From Oligoflexia bacterium (lineage in GTDB: Bacteria; Bdellovibrionota; UBA1018), in the NCBI GenBank assembly GCA_963758495.1, contig CAVWVI010000004.1, positions 192,001-256,000 on the forward strand: a stretch of DNA of 64,000 bases, written 5' to 3'. The notes below the pieces were generated by a model that made no database searches, was not told the DNA's origin, and saw nothing but the letters and a program-made list of their open reading frames with translations. Position numbers and translations under genes: made by a program. This document shows positions 20,948 to 30,743 of the stretch, piece after piece. Numbering within the stretch: the stretch's first letter is position 1; every line of letters starts with the position of its first letter.

Positions 20948-21315
20948 GTGAACCCGCTAGTGAACCTACGAGTGAACCTGCTAGCGAACCTCCAACCGCT
21001 CACCCGACTGCTCCCAAAATAGGTTCAGATGCATCTGCCGAACCTGCTCTTTCTCACCCTGACCCCAATCCGACTTCTGAGCCTCTGCAGGAACCCGTAA
21101 TGGATACTTTTCATGAACCTTCATCCCCTGAAACTCCTGCTTCTGATCTAGCTTCTGATCTAGCTTCTGATCTAGCTTCTGATCTAGCTTCTGATCTAGC
21201 CTCTGATCTAGCTTCTAATACGACTCAACCTGAAGCACCGGTGGCTTCTGAAGGTGAAAATAGTAAAGCCGAAGCTGATCTTGTTGCTGAATTTGAGAAA
21301 ATGTTAAAAGGATAA
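20944..21315 (+). CDS. Pro/Ser/Asp-rich segment, likely the 3' part of the preceding gene
   Basis: Frame is open from the C tract; low complexity; ends ADLVAEFEKMLKG. Confidence 0.55.
   Translation: MSEPASEPTSEPASEPPTAHPTAPKIGSDASAEPALSHPDPNPTSEPLQEPVMDTFHEPSSPETPASDLASDLASDLASDLASDLASDLASNTTQPEAPVASEGENSKAEADLVAEFEKMLKG
21139..21216 (+). repeat. 12-bp tandem repeat GCTTCTGATCTA x6.5 (encodes ASDL)
   Basis: Directly visible; one unit has a single mismatch. Confidence 0.95.
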
Positions 21316-21320
21316 AGGGT

Positions 21321-21390
21321 AGCATTGCAAGGAGCCCTGTTGCGCCGGGAATCCAAAGCTTTACGACTCAACAGGGCTCCTTGCAATGCT
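21321..21390. repeat. Perfect 22-bp inverted repeat with 26-nt spacer
   Basis: AGCATTGCAAGGAGCCCTGTTG (21321-21342) and CAACAGGGCTCCTTGCAATGCT (21369-21390). Confidence 0.9.
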
Positions 21391-21530
21391 TGTCCACAAC
21401 CCTAAAGGAACAACTTACGATAAAGGAACTGCTTCCTTAAATAATAGAATTTTACGTTGCATCTCCTGAGTCGAAGCTTTACGATAAAAACCGAGAAAAC
21501 CTGTTTAAACAATTATTTCTCCGATTAGAA

Positions 21531-22637
21531 ATGGGGATGGAGGTAACAGCCGTGAGTTATTCTGAATTTCGAAAAAAGTATTGTTCTTTGAGTTTAGTTT
21601 CCACTTTTGCAACTGTTTTGTCGTTTGTCATACTTACTGCTTGCACCGATCAAGCTAAAGCAAAACCTAATTTTGTATACAAAGATGCACCTAATCCCAA
21701 TGTAGTTGCAAAGATTGGGGATACAGAAATCACTCGAGATGCTCTCATCGGAAGTGATAAGTTAGACTTTTTTGAACTTGAGAAGCGTGAATACGATTTA
21801 AAGATGGATCGCTTAAATAAACTTCTCGTAGACACTTTAGTGGGCGCAGAAGCAAAAAAAGTGAATATGAGCCTGGATGACTTTATTAGCAAGAAAGTTG
21901 TCGGTGGCGAGCTTAAGATTAGCGATAAGGAATACAAGAATTTCGTAGCTGAAAAGCACATCCCTGAAACACAGATTAATCCACAAATTAAGGAACGTAT
22001 TATTTCTTATCTTCAAAACATAAAGAAACAAGATAAGTTGACTGAATATGTAGCTAAGCTCACTAAAGGCCAAGCCGTAGAAGTGTATTTCAAGAAGCCT
22101 AAAATGCAAGTCAATGTGGAGGCTGGCCAAGCACCCGCATTTGGAGGACAGGGCGCCCCTGTTACAGTCGTAGAGTTCTCAGATTTTCAATGTCCTTTTT
22201 GCTCACGCGGAGCAGAAACTGTAACATTATTAAAAAAGAAGTATGGGAATAAAATTAAACTTGCTTTCAAGCATTTCCCACTTCCTATGCATCATGATGC
22301 ACGCCCAGCCGCTGAAGCTTCTATGTGTGTCAATGAGCAAAGTTCAGATAAATTTTGGAAATTTCATGACCTCGCATTCAAAAATCAAGACAAGCTAGAT
22401 AAAGCCAGTATTGATAAATATGCTAAAGACTCTGGCGCTGATATGAAGAAATTCGCTGAATGTGTCACTGCAAAGAAATATTCAGACTATGTACAAACTG
22501 ATATCAGTTACGGGGAAAAAATCGGTGTGAAATCAACTCCCACATTCTTCGTCAATGGACAACTGATTAGTGGTGCTGTTCCCATTGAGTCTTTCTCTGA
22601 AATTATTGATGAAGAGTTAGAAGCGAAAAAGAATTAA
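21531..22637 (+). CDS. DsbA-family thioredoxin lipoprotein
   Basis: Lipobox LTAC; EFSDFQCPFC; GVKSTPTFFVNG. Confidence 0.9.
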   Translation: MGMEVTAVSYSEFRKKYCSLSLVSTFATVLSFVILTACTDQAKAKPNFVYKDAPNPNVVAKIGDTEITRDALIGSDKLDFFELEKREYDLKMDRLNKLLVDTLVGAEAKKVNMSLDDFISKKVVGGELKISDKEYKNFVAEKHIPETQINPQIKERIISYLQNIKKQDKLTEYVAKLTKGQAVEVYFKKPKMQVNVEAGQAPAFGGQGAPVTVVEFSDFQCPFCSRGAETVTLLKKKYGNKIKLAFKHFPLPMHHDARPAAEASMCVNEQSSDKFWKFHDLAFKNQDKLDKASIDKYAKDSGADMKKFAECVTAKKYSDYVQTDISYGEKIGVKSTPTFFVNGQLISGAVPIESFSEIIDEELEAKKN

Positions 22638-22667
22638 TTTCTTTCACTTGCTCTCAATCTGGTCTTT

Positions 22668-22708
22668 AAAAACGTCTCTCCGGTTTCTACCGCAGAGACG
22701 TTTTTTTT
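22668..22708. terminator. Bidirectional intrinsic terminator
   Basis: AAAAACGTCTCT...AGAGACGTTTTTTTT between convergent genes. Confidence 0.8.
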
Positions 22709-22756
22709 AGTCTTTTTTTCAAAATGAAAGTCAGTAGTTCCTTGAGGGCTATTACG

Positions 22757-23749
22757 TCAAAATGCTCTCACTAAATCATGCAATCGAAGCAATCCTTGCC
22801 AATTTCCAAACTCATCCACGACTGGAAGAACTCCAATTTGACTGGGTCGATCCTCCATCAACTTGAGTGCCGCTTGAGCCATCATCTTGGGCTGAGCAGT
22901 CACGGGATTCCGCGTCATAACCTCGTCTGCCCTCATTTTAAAAATCTTTTCTCGGTACTGAAGCGCTCGACGCAAATCCCCATCTGTAATGATGCCTAGC
23001 AACTTAGAACCATTAACAACCAATACTGCACCTTGCTTTTTATGGGTGGAAACCCCAATGACCTCTTCCATCAATACATCAGGCTGAACGAAAGGTACGG
23101 AATCACCTCGATGCATTAAGTCTTCAACCTTAAGGCTCAAACGTCTCCCTAAAGATCCACCAGGATGATTTTCGGCAAAGGACTTTTGATCAAATCCTCT
23201 CAGCTGCATCAAAGTAATAGCAAGAGAGTCTCCTAAAGCTAACGCTAACGTAGTACTCGTAGTAGGCGCCAAATTATGAGGACAAGCTTCATTCCTGACC
23301 CAAGCATCAATCCATGCATCACACTCTGTCGCCAACCTTGACTGAGAATTTCCCCCCATTCCAATGACGGGAACACCTCGACTTCTAAAAGAAGGCAAAA
23401 GCTGAAGCAGCTCCTCTGTATTACCTGTATAACTGAGAGCGAGCACAGAATCAGAAGTACGCACTAAGCCTACGTCACCATGAAGACCCTCTGTGGGATG
23501 TACATAAATTGCTAATGTTCCCGTACTACAAAGCGTAGCTGCTATTTTCTGAGCTACTTTTCCAGACTTCCCGAGCCCAGTCACAACGATCTTCCCACCT
23601 TTTTCCAATGAGCCCTGAAAATACCCTATCGCTTTCTCCCATTCCTCCGCATGAGCCCCCTGAGATAATCGTTCCGAGCACTCCAGAATCGCCTCGCCTT
23701 CCATCCTTAACACTCTCATGATTTCCGGCAGGACTTTAATTTTGTTCAT
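22757..23749 (-). CDS. kdsD: Arabinose-5-phosphate isomerase (KpsF/GutQ, SIS plus CBS domains)
   Basis: GLGKSG; EGLHGDVG; LAPTTST; HPGGSLG. Confidence 0.92.
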   Translation of the reverse strand: MNKIKVLPEIMRVLRMEGEAILECSERLSQGAHAEEWEKAIGYFQGSLEKGGKIVVTGLGKSGKVAQKIAATLCSTGTLAIYVHPTEGLHGDVGLVRTSDSVLALSYTGNTEELLQLLPSFRSRGVPVIGMGGNSQSRLATECDAWIDAWVRNEACPHNLAPTTSTTLALALGDSLAITLMQLRGFDQKSFAENHPGGSLGRRLSLKVEDLMHRGDSVPFVQPDVLMEEVIGVSTHKKQGAVLVVNGSKLLGIITDGDLRRALQYREKIFKMRADEVMTRNPVTAQPKMMAQAALKLMEDRPSQIGVLPVVDEFGNWQGLLRLHDLVRAF

Positions 23750-23866
23750 TTTCAATTTCTCGCACAACCTTTAAATCCCTGCAAGCCCACAGAAACAGTA
23801 AGCACGATAAGGACTTACTTCTAAGCTTTACGGATTTTTTCACTTAAGTAACAATCATTCATACCT

Positions 23867-24439
23867 ATGAAATTTTCAAACTTATCTCTCCGGATTCGCC
23901 CAAGATTGAAATGCTGTAGTACCCAGTCCGTCTTCTTAGGACTTTTAATGATGACTACAGTACTAACATCCTGCATTAAGGCATTTAATGAAACGGTGGG
24001 AGGTGACACCAGTCAAGTCTTTGAACGAATTTACTACACCGACTTTAATACAGCCTGGCAAGGAGTGCTAGATACTCTGAAAAAAAACCAGCTTGATATT
24101 TCTAACTCTGAAGCTGGCTATATTCAAACCAAGTGGACTGAAAATACCGCTGAGAAAAATTTTACAGATTCCTTTGGAGGTGCGGATTCATATTTGAAAG
24201 CTCAATATCGACTCAAAATAAATGTCTCTAAAGGAATCAATAATCATCATTCCACAGTCAAAGTCAGGGTGCAAAAAGAGCAGCTAATTCAAAGAGATGT
24301 TTTAGAAGGCTGGCGCCCTATCGAATCAGACGCCATTGATGAATCTACCCTCCTTTATCGAATTGGCCGAGTTATTTATATCCGAATGAAGCTCGCTCGA
24401 ATTGAAGAACTCAAGACCAAGAAGGAATTAGAAAATTAA
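23867..24439 (+). CDS. Putative lipoprotein, BamC-like
   Basis: Lipobox LTSC; GYIQTKW motif; true start may be downstream. Confidence 0.55.
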   Translation: MKFSNLSLRIRPRLKCCSTQSVFLGLLMMTTVLTSCIKAFNETVGGDTSQVFERIYYTDFNTAWQGVLDTLKKNQLDISNSEAGYIQTKWTENTAEKNFTDSFGGADSYLKAQYRLKINVSKGINNHHSTVKVRVQKEQLIQRDVLEGWRPIESDAIDESTLLYRIGRVIYIRMKLARIEELKTKKELEN

Positions 24440-24606
24440 TTAACTTTGTCTAGTTAAACTTTACCTAGTTAAACTTGCCACAACGGAACTAATTGCCGAT
24501 ACCTTTATACTTAATAAAAAACCTATTCATTTTGAATTTGAAATTCTCGTTATATTTTAAATCATTATCAAACTACATTTTAATTATTTAACCGACCAAC
24601 CATGGT

Positions 24607-26409
24607 ATGAAGTTTGCTCTATCTCTTCAAGAGGCTATAGGCATGTCCACCGTATCTTCATCTTCCGACACTACTCCTGCTAATTTTTATCACTACGATA
24701 TGGCAAAACTTGAGGATCAGATTCAAAGCGAGGCAAAAAAAACTCGCGAAAGAAATGATGAACAGATCCAAAAAGTACAAGATCATTATGATGAGGTGAT
24801 CACCAAAAAAAATGAAGAACATGAAAAAGCACTCAACGCTGCTAAATCTTCTTCAAATGAAGCACTCACCCAGGAAAGAGAAAACCACCGAGCCGATTTA
24901 GAAAAACTAAAGAGCAACCTCTACAATAATAAAGGACAACTTGCTGGAAATGTCTCTAATGATGTTTATAAAAAGCAAATCCAGGACCTTTATGACTCCT
25001 CTCAACAAAGACACGAAAAAGATGTCCAAAACATTGAAGATAAAGATTCCACGAACGCTGATAAATTAAGGGCTATCGGCAATAAGCACCGAGAAGAAAT
25101 TAATGGCCTCACAAATCAACACGCCGACGAAACCCGTCATCTGAATGACGAAATAAAAACATTATCAAACTATAATCATACCTTAGGCAAAGAAAAAGAT
25201 GATGAAATCGCAAAATGGATTCAAGACAACGAAGGAGCAAACCGAGCCACTCAACAGCAGTTGAGTGAAAGCTTCGATAGTAATATCAAAAAACTACAAC
25301 ACGAAAGGGATCAAAAAGACACTTACTATATCAATAGAACAAACGAGGCTTTAAAACAAAACGATGAAAAATATTCAACCCTATTCACTCAACAAGGTGC
25401 TGAAAATCACCAAAACTTGAAAGAAGCGGAAAACCGCTTCCAATCCGAACTTGGAGAAATCAACAAAGGAAGAAAGCAAGATCAGCTCAAAGCAGAAGAA
25501 TCGCGTAATAATCAACTCGATCAAGCTCATCAAGAACACGCTCGGGCGCTCGTGAATCAAGCTGAACAATACCAGAATTCATTTGGGCGTTCGAAACAAG
25601 CAGATCGAGCGCAAATTGAATCTTTGGAAGCCACACTTCAAAAGATGAAAACCACTCAAGATTCCTCTCTGGTCTCACCTGCTATTGAAACTAACATCAG
25701 AAAAAATATTGTTAATGAATACGAAAAGACCTTAAAAACTGAAATCGATAAAAACAAGAACTTAACAGATCATTTACAACAAAATAATGCAGAAGCAATC
25801 AGAAAAACTCTCAATGAGCGTGCAGATAAAGAAACCGCCATTCATCAACAAAACGCCCGCGATCAATTATTTGAACGCTCTCAGTATACGAATTCTCTTC
25901 AAGAGAATGATGACCAGATCAACACCAAACTTCGTGACATAGACAAAACTCATGAACAAGAAAAAGAAACGCTTTATCGTCAATTTAGTAACGTTGTCGA
26001 CCAACAAAAGCGCCAATACGAATACAGTGCAGAATCCAATCGAACTGATATAGAAGGAAAGCTACTCGCTACACGCCAGGAGGCAAACTTTAATTTAAAA
26101 CAGTTACAGAGGACTTTAAATACAAAACAAAATGAGCTAGTTCATGATTATGAAAAGAAACTCTCAGACCAAAAAAACAGCTATGAATCTCAAATAGAAG
26201 AATTGAAAGCACAATCTCAAATCGACCTCAGAGAGTCAGAAAGAAGAATGAAGCAGGAACTTGATATACAAGCAAAGAACTATGATCAAAGAATGATTCA
26301 AACAGAAGCTCAAACGAAAGAGCACGAACAACTCTTAGCGCAAAACTACCAGAACGAATTAGATAGGACAAAACGTTCTTATGAGATCATTAATAAAAAG
26401 AAGAGTTAA
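24607..26409 (+). CDS. Long Q/E/N-rich coiled-coil hypothetical protein
   Basis: 600-aa ORF, hydrophilic heptad-like composition. Confidence 0.75.
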   Translation: MKFALSLQEAIGMSTVSSSSDTTPANFYHYDMAKLEDQIQSEAKKTRERNDEQIQKVQDHYDEVITKKNEEHEKALNAAKSSSNEALTQERENHRADLEKLKSNLYNNKGQLAGNVSNDVYKKQIQDLYDSSQQRHEKDVQNIEDKDSTNADKLRAIGNKHREEINGLTNQHADETRHLNDEIKTLSNYNHTLGKEKDDEIAKWIQDNEGANRATQQQLSESFDSNIKKLQHERDQKDTYYINRTNEALKQNDEKYSTLFTQQGAENHQNLKEAENRFQSELGEINKGRKQDQLKAEESRNNQLDQAHQEHARALVNQAEQYQNSFGRSKQADRAQIESLEATLQKMKTTQDSSLVSPAIETNIRKNIVNEYEKTLKTEIDKNKNLTDHLQQNNAEAIRKTLNERADKETAIHQQNARDQLFERSQYTNSLQENDDQINTKLRDIDKTHEQEKETLYRQFSNVVDQQKRQYEYSAESNRTDIEGKLLATRQEANFNLKQLQRTLNTKQNELVHDYEKKLSDQKNSYESQIEELKAQSQIDLRESERRMKQELDIQAKNYDQRMIQTEAQTKEHEQLLAQNYQNELDRTKRSYEIINKKKS

Positions 26410-27859
26410 AATTGTCTGTACTTTAGGCCCCTCTACGCAATCGACTGAACAAATTTCATCCCTGATTACGGCGGGCATGGATTTAGCTCGACTGAATTTT
26501 AGTCATGGCACTCATGAGTTTCATAAAAATCTCATCACGGCAGTACGAGAAGCTTCTTTGAGAGCAAACCGTCCTGTAGGAATTATGCAAGACCTTCAAG
26601 GACCCAAACTCCGAGTAGGGCTTTTACCCAAAGGAGGCGTCGAGCTAAAAGCAGGAGACACTGTTCTTCTTTTTCCAGAGGGTGCTACTCCCAAAACATC
26701 AACTCACGGTAAAATCCTCATTCCCATTTCTGCTGAGATTGCCCAGTCCGTTGCTTCAGACGCTGAGAAGGGAGCCCGGATCCTCTTTGATGATGGCAAG
26801 ATCGCAACTCGTGCAGTTCAAGTTTCTGCACCCGAAATTGTAGTAGAAGTGGAAGTAGGCGGTAGATTAACGAGTCAAAAGGGGATGAATCTACCCGGCA
26901 CCCCTTTATCTATCCCCTGCCTCACGGAGAAGGACTTAGAAGACTTAAAATTTGGACTTTCACAGGGTGTGGATGCTGTAGCGCTCTCTTTTGTGAGAAC
27001 AGCTCAAGACATTGAGAAGCTCAAACAGATCATGAAAAAAGTGACCCACGACCCACCCATCGTGATCCCCAAAATTGAACGTGAAGAAGCCATTGAAAAC
27101 CAAGATTCAATTATTGAAATTTCAGATGGGCTTCTGATTGCGCGTGGAGACATGGCCGTAGAAATAGGAGCGGAACGTGTCCCTACGATTCAAAAGGAGC
27201 TGATTTACGGCTGCAATCAGCGGGGCGTACCTGTCATTACTGCAACCCAAATGCTGGAATCTATGATTTCCTGTCCCACCCCCACTCGAGCTGAAGCCAG
27301 TGATGTGGCTAATGCAGTGTTTGATGGGACAGATGCTGTCATGCTTTCAGGAGAAACTGCATCGGGACAATACCCCATTGAGACAGTACAGACCATGGCT
27401 CGAATTATTTTAGAAGCTGAACGAGCCCATGGCCTTTATTCACGACATTCCCCAGTTGAGCCCATGCCCGGATCTGTAGTCGATGCCATTGAAAGCAGCG
27501 CGGCTCTTATTGCTGAACAGGTCGATGCTGTGGCCATTGCTTGTTTGACTCACTCAGGTATGGCAGCTCGGACTTTAGCTAAATACCGACCTCGTGCCCC
27601 CATTGTAGCTATTATGGATAAAGAATCGATGCTCAGACGCTTATCCTTGGTTTGGGGAGTACGAGGAGTTGTCATTCCTAAAATCGTCGCAACGGATGAT
27701 CTCTTTTCCATGGTAGAAAGTGTTCTTAAAGTCAATGGTTGGGCTGATGCTGAAGACCTGATTGTGGTCACTGCCGGTGTTCCAACGCTAAGAAGAGGAA
27801 CAACCAATATGATTCAAGTCCATCGGGTTGGAGTTCATCCTGAGAGAAAGATAAAATAG
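26381..27859 (+). CDS. pyk: Pyruvate kinase
   Basis: KIVCTLGP; RLNFSHG; ARGDM; TATQMLESM. Confidence 0.97.
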   Translation: MRSLIKRRVKIVCTLGPSTQSTEQISSLITAGMDLARLNFSHGTHEFHKNLITAVREASLRANRPVGIMQDLQGPKLRVGLLPKGGVELKAGDTVLLFPEGATPKTSTHGKILIPISAEIAQSVASDAEKGARILFDDGKIATRAVQVSAPEIVVEVEVGGRLTSQKGMNLPGTPLSIPCLTEKDLEDLKFGLSQGVDAVALSFVRTAQDIEKLKQIMKKVTHDPPIVIPKIEREEAIENQDSIIEISDGLLIARGDMAVEIGAERVPTIQKELIYGCNQRGVPVITATQMLESMISCPTPTRAEASDVANAVFDGTDAVMLSGETASGQYPIETVQTMARIILEAERAHGLYSRHSPVEPMPGSVVDAIESSAALIAEQVDAVAIACLTHSGMAARTLAKYRPRAPIVAIMDKESMLRRLSLVWGVRGVVIPKIVATDDLFSMVESVLKVNGWADAEDLIVVTAGVPTLRRGTTNMIQVHRVGVHPERKIK

Positions 27860-27913
27860 CGATTCCTTTCCTTGCCCAGTCTTCACAGACCTGATAATTC
27901 CCTGGGTACCCCT

Positions 27914-30595
27914 ATGTCAACTCATCTACCTTCAAATTTAGACGATCAAACGCCCTTAATGAAACAATACTGGGAACTCAAAGCTCAAGTCCCTAATGCT
28001 CTGCTCTTCTTTAGAATGGGAGACTTCTATGAGCTCTTCGGCGATGACGCAGTCATGGCAGCCAGCCTTCTTGAAATCACGCTAACAAGTCGGGATAAAA
28101 ATAAGGCAAATCCAATGCCCATGGCAGGAGTTCCTTATCACAGCGTACAAGGTTATATTCAAAAGCTGCTCAAATCTGGAAAGAAAGTCGCCATCGGCGA
28201 ACAGATGGAAGATCCAGAATCGATTCAGGGTACGGGCAAAGGTGCGGGTAAAATCGTACGCCGCGAAATTGTAAGGATTCTTACGCCAGGTGTTCAATTC
28301 GATGCTGAAGGCTCTGAAGCCAATTACTTGGCAACCATCACCCCTCATAAAGATCATTTCTGGGTACTTTCATGCTTGGATGCTTCTACCGGCGAAGCCC
28401 TGGTGAGTGCCCCCCTCCCTCTATCTGACCTGTTTAATGAAGTGCGACGCCTTCCCATCCTCCACTTTCTGCACCTCTATCCTCAGTTTGATTTGAATCA
28501 GCTCGGTTTTTCCGACTCTGTTTTAATCGAGAATCTTCCAAAAAATTATCTCTCTCTCGACAAAGCAACAGCAACCCTTAAATCCCATTACGACCTCGAA
28601 AATCTTCATGCCTTTATTGAAAGCGAAGCAGGTTCTCTGGCTTTGGGAATTTTAGTGACTTATGCCTTACGTACTCAACATCAAGAGAAGCTCGCTCACC
28701 TCAGACTTCCTGAGCCTCTTCAAAGACCCAAATCTTTGGTTTTGGGTCCCAATACAGCTCAACATCTTGATCTCTTCGATCTTTTTCAGCTCATCAATCG
28801 AACTCGGTGCACTTTAGGCGCAAGGCAACTGAAACGCTGGATGCATGCACCGCTTCGTGGCGCATCAGAAATTGCAGTTCGCCAAGAAGCCGTAAAAGAG
28901 CTCGGATCTCTCTGGACCGGGGTCGGCGAAAAACTTTCAGTTCAACTTTCTCATGTTTATGACATCGAAAGAATCTGTGGACGAATTAACACAAAGCTTG
29001 CCAATCCGAGAGATACTTTAGCATTGGGTCAATCCCTGTCTCGCCTCAAAACACTTGAGAACACCGTATCAGCATGCCAATCTAAACCTCTTACGGAGCT
29101 GAGAGCAAAAATTTCTAAGCTCTTCGAGAATCTGGGGCCCTTAGCTGAAAAAATTATAAAAAATCAGCGAGAAGACGCTCCACTCACCTCAAGAGATGGA
29201 GGAATTTTTAAAGCAGGAACGACCCCTGACTTGGATCACCTTCTCTCTTTGTCAGAAAATGGACAACGCTGGCTAATTGATTTAGAAACTCGGGAGCGTA
29301 CTTCAACAGGAATTTCCTCGCTTAAAGTTCGGTATAATCGAGTCTTTGGATATTATATTGAAATTACCCAGGCTCATTTAAAAAATGTTCCTTCTCATTA
29401 CCAACGAAAACAGACGATGGTTGGTGCCGAGCGTTTCTTTACGGATGAGCTCAAAAAATTCGAAGAAGAAATTCTCACCGCTTCAACAAAGCTCAAGTCC
29501 ATGGAGCAGGAACTATTCAATCAGCTCTTGGAAGAAATTCAAACACAGACGACTCAAATCATGGAAGCCGCTCGGGTCTTGGGTGACCTGGATTCGTTAA
29601 CCTCCTTAGCGAACTTATCCCAACAGCCCGGCTGGTGTTTTCCAGAAATTACTGAGTCTTTGGAACTTGAAATTCACGCCGGTCGTCACCCCGTAGTCGA
29701 TCAAGCTAAACGAGGAAGCTTTGTCCCCAATGATTTATTTTTGTCTCCTGATACACGCCTTACTCTGATGGTGACCGGCCCCAATATGGGCGGTAAATCG
29801 ACAGTCATGCGACAGACCGCTCTCATGATTCTTTTAGGTCAAATGGGAGCTCCCGTTCCTGCTCGCCAGGCAAAATGGGGGGCAGTCTCATCCCTCTACA
29901 CTCGCATTGGAGCACAGGATGCCATTGCACGAGGTCAAAGTACATTCATGGTGGAAATGAGTGAGCTTGCTCACATCCTCCACCATGCCGATCAACGATC
30001 TCTGATTATTCTAGATGAGATTGGAAGAGGCACCAGCACTTACGATGGAATTAGCGTCGCTTGGGCGACCTTAGAATGGATCTGCACGAAGATTCGTGCT
30101 CGTACACTTTTTGCGACCCATTATCACGAACTCATTCATTTAAACTCGACTCTTCCTCTCCTTGCCAATGCTCATATGGCAGTAGAAGAAGGTGCGAAAG
30201 GCTCTCAGCAAAAGAGCTTAAGATTCCTTTATGAATTGAGAGAAGGCCCCACAAATGAAAGCTTCGGAATTCATGTTGCTCAACTCGCAGGATTGCCAAA
30301 ACCAGTGACCGACCGAGCGTGGAAAGTTCTCGCTGATTTAGAAGCGCATTCCACCGGCAGTATCCACGCGCTTTCTTCTGATCAACTTTCTTTATTCGGC
30401 GCCCCCACAGCTCGATATGAACCCATACCCGATCCTATTCCAGAACCTCCTCAAGAAGAACCTCACCCCGTTCTTAAAGAGTTAGAGTGTACCAATGTGA
30501 ATGAAATGACTCCTATTCAGGCACTGAACTTTGTCGTAAAATTGCAGACACTGAGGGAAGCAGCTGGCGCGGAAGGAACAGCAATCAGCTCATAA
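27914..30595 (+). CDS. mutS: DNA mismatch repair protein MutS
   Basis: TPLMKQY; FRMGDFYELF; TGPNMGGKST; DEIGRGTST. Confidence 0.97.
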   Translation: MSTHLPSNLDDQTPLMKQYWELKAQVPNALLFFRMGDFYELFGDDAVMAASLLEITLTSRDKNKANPMPMAGVPYHSVQGYIQKLLKSGKKVAIGEQMEDPESIQGTGKGAGKIVRREIVRILTPGVQFDAEGSEANYLATITPHKDHFWVLSCLDASTGEALVSAPLPLSDLFNEVRRLPILHFLHLYPQFDLNQLGFSDSVLIENLPKNYLSLDKATATLKSHYDLENLHAFIESEAGSLALGILVTYALRTQHQEKLAHLRLPEPLQRPKSLVLGPNTAQHLDLFDLFQLINRTRCTLGARQLKRWMHAPLRGASEIAVRQEAVKELGSLWTGVGEKLSVQLSHVYDIERICGRINTKLANPRDTLALGQSLSRLKTLENTVSACQSKPLTELRAKISKLFENLGPLAEKIIKNQREDAPLTSRDGGIFKAGTTPDLDHLLSLSENGQRWLIDLETRERTSTGISSLKVRYNRVFGYYIEITQAHLKNVPSHYQRKQTMVGAERFFTDELKKFEEEILTASTKLKSMEQELFNQLLEEIQTQTTQIMEAARVLGDLDSLTSLANLSQQPGWCFPEITESLELEIHAGRHPVVDQAKRGSFVPNDLFLSPDTRLTLMVTGPNMGGKSTVMRQTALMILLGQMGAPVPARQAKWGAVSSLYTRIGAQDAIARGQSTFMVEMSELAHILHHADQRSLIILDEIGRGTSTYDGISVAWATLEWICTKIRARTLFATHYHELIHLNSTLPLLANAHMAVEEGAKGSQQKSLRFLYELREGPTNESFGIHVAQLAGLPKPVTDRAWKVLADLEAHSTGSIHALSSDQLSLFGAPTARYEPIPDPIPEPPQEEPHPVLKELECTNVNEMTPIQALNFVVKLQTLREAAGAEGTAISS

Positions 30596-30688
30596 GCTAT
30601 TTTATTGAGGCGCTGAGGTAGAGAACAATGACATCAATTAATTCGATTCACCATTAAAGTGTTAAAGTGTAGTTAATTTCATCTTTCG

Positions 30689-30717
30689 TTGACACGGTAA
30701 GTCAACTTTAGTAAGAT
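30689..30717 (+). promoter_or_regulatory. Sigma70-type promoter
   Basis: TTGACA-17 bp-TAAGAT, overlapped by the inverted repeat GTTGAC...GTCAAC. Confidence 0.6.
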
Positions 30718-30743
30718 CTCCAAACTCTGGAGATAGAATTTTT

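Noticed and set aside
21139..21216. Possible CRISPR array
   Set aside because: 12-bp head-to-tail units with no spacers, in frame within a CDS; no cas genes
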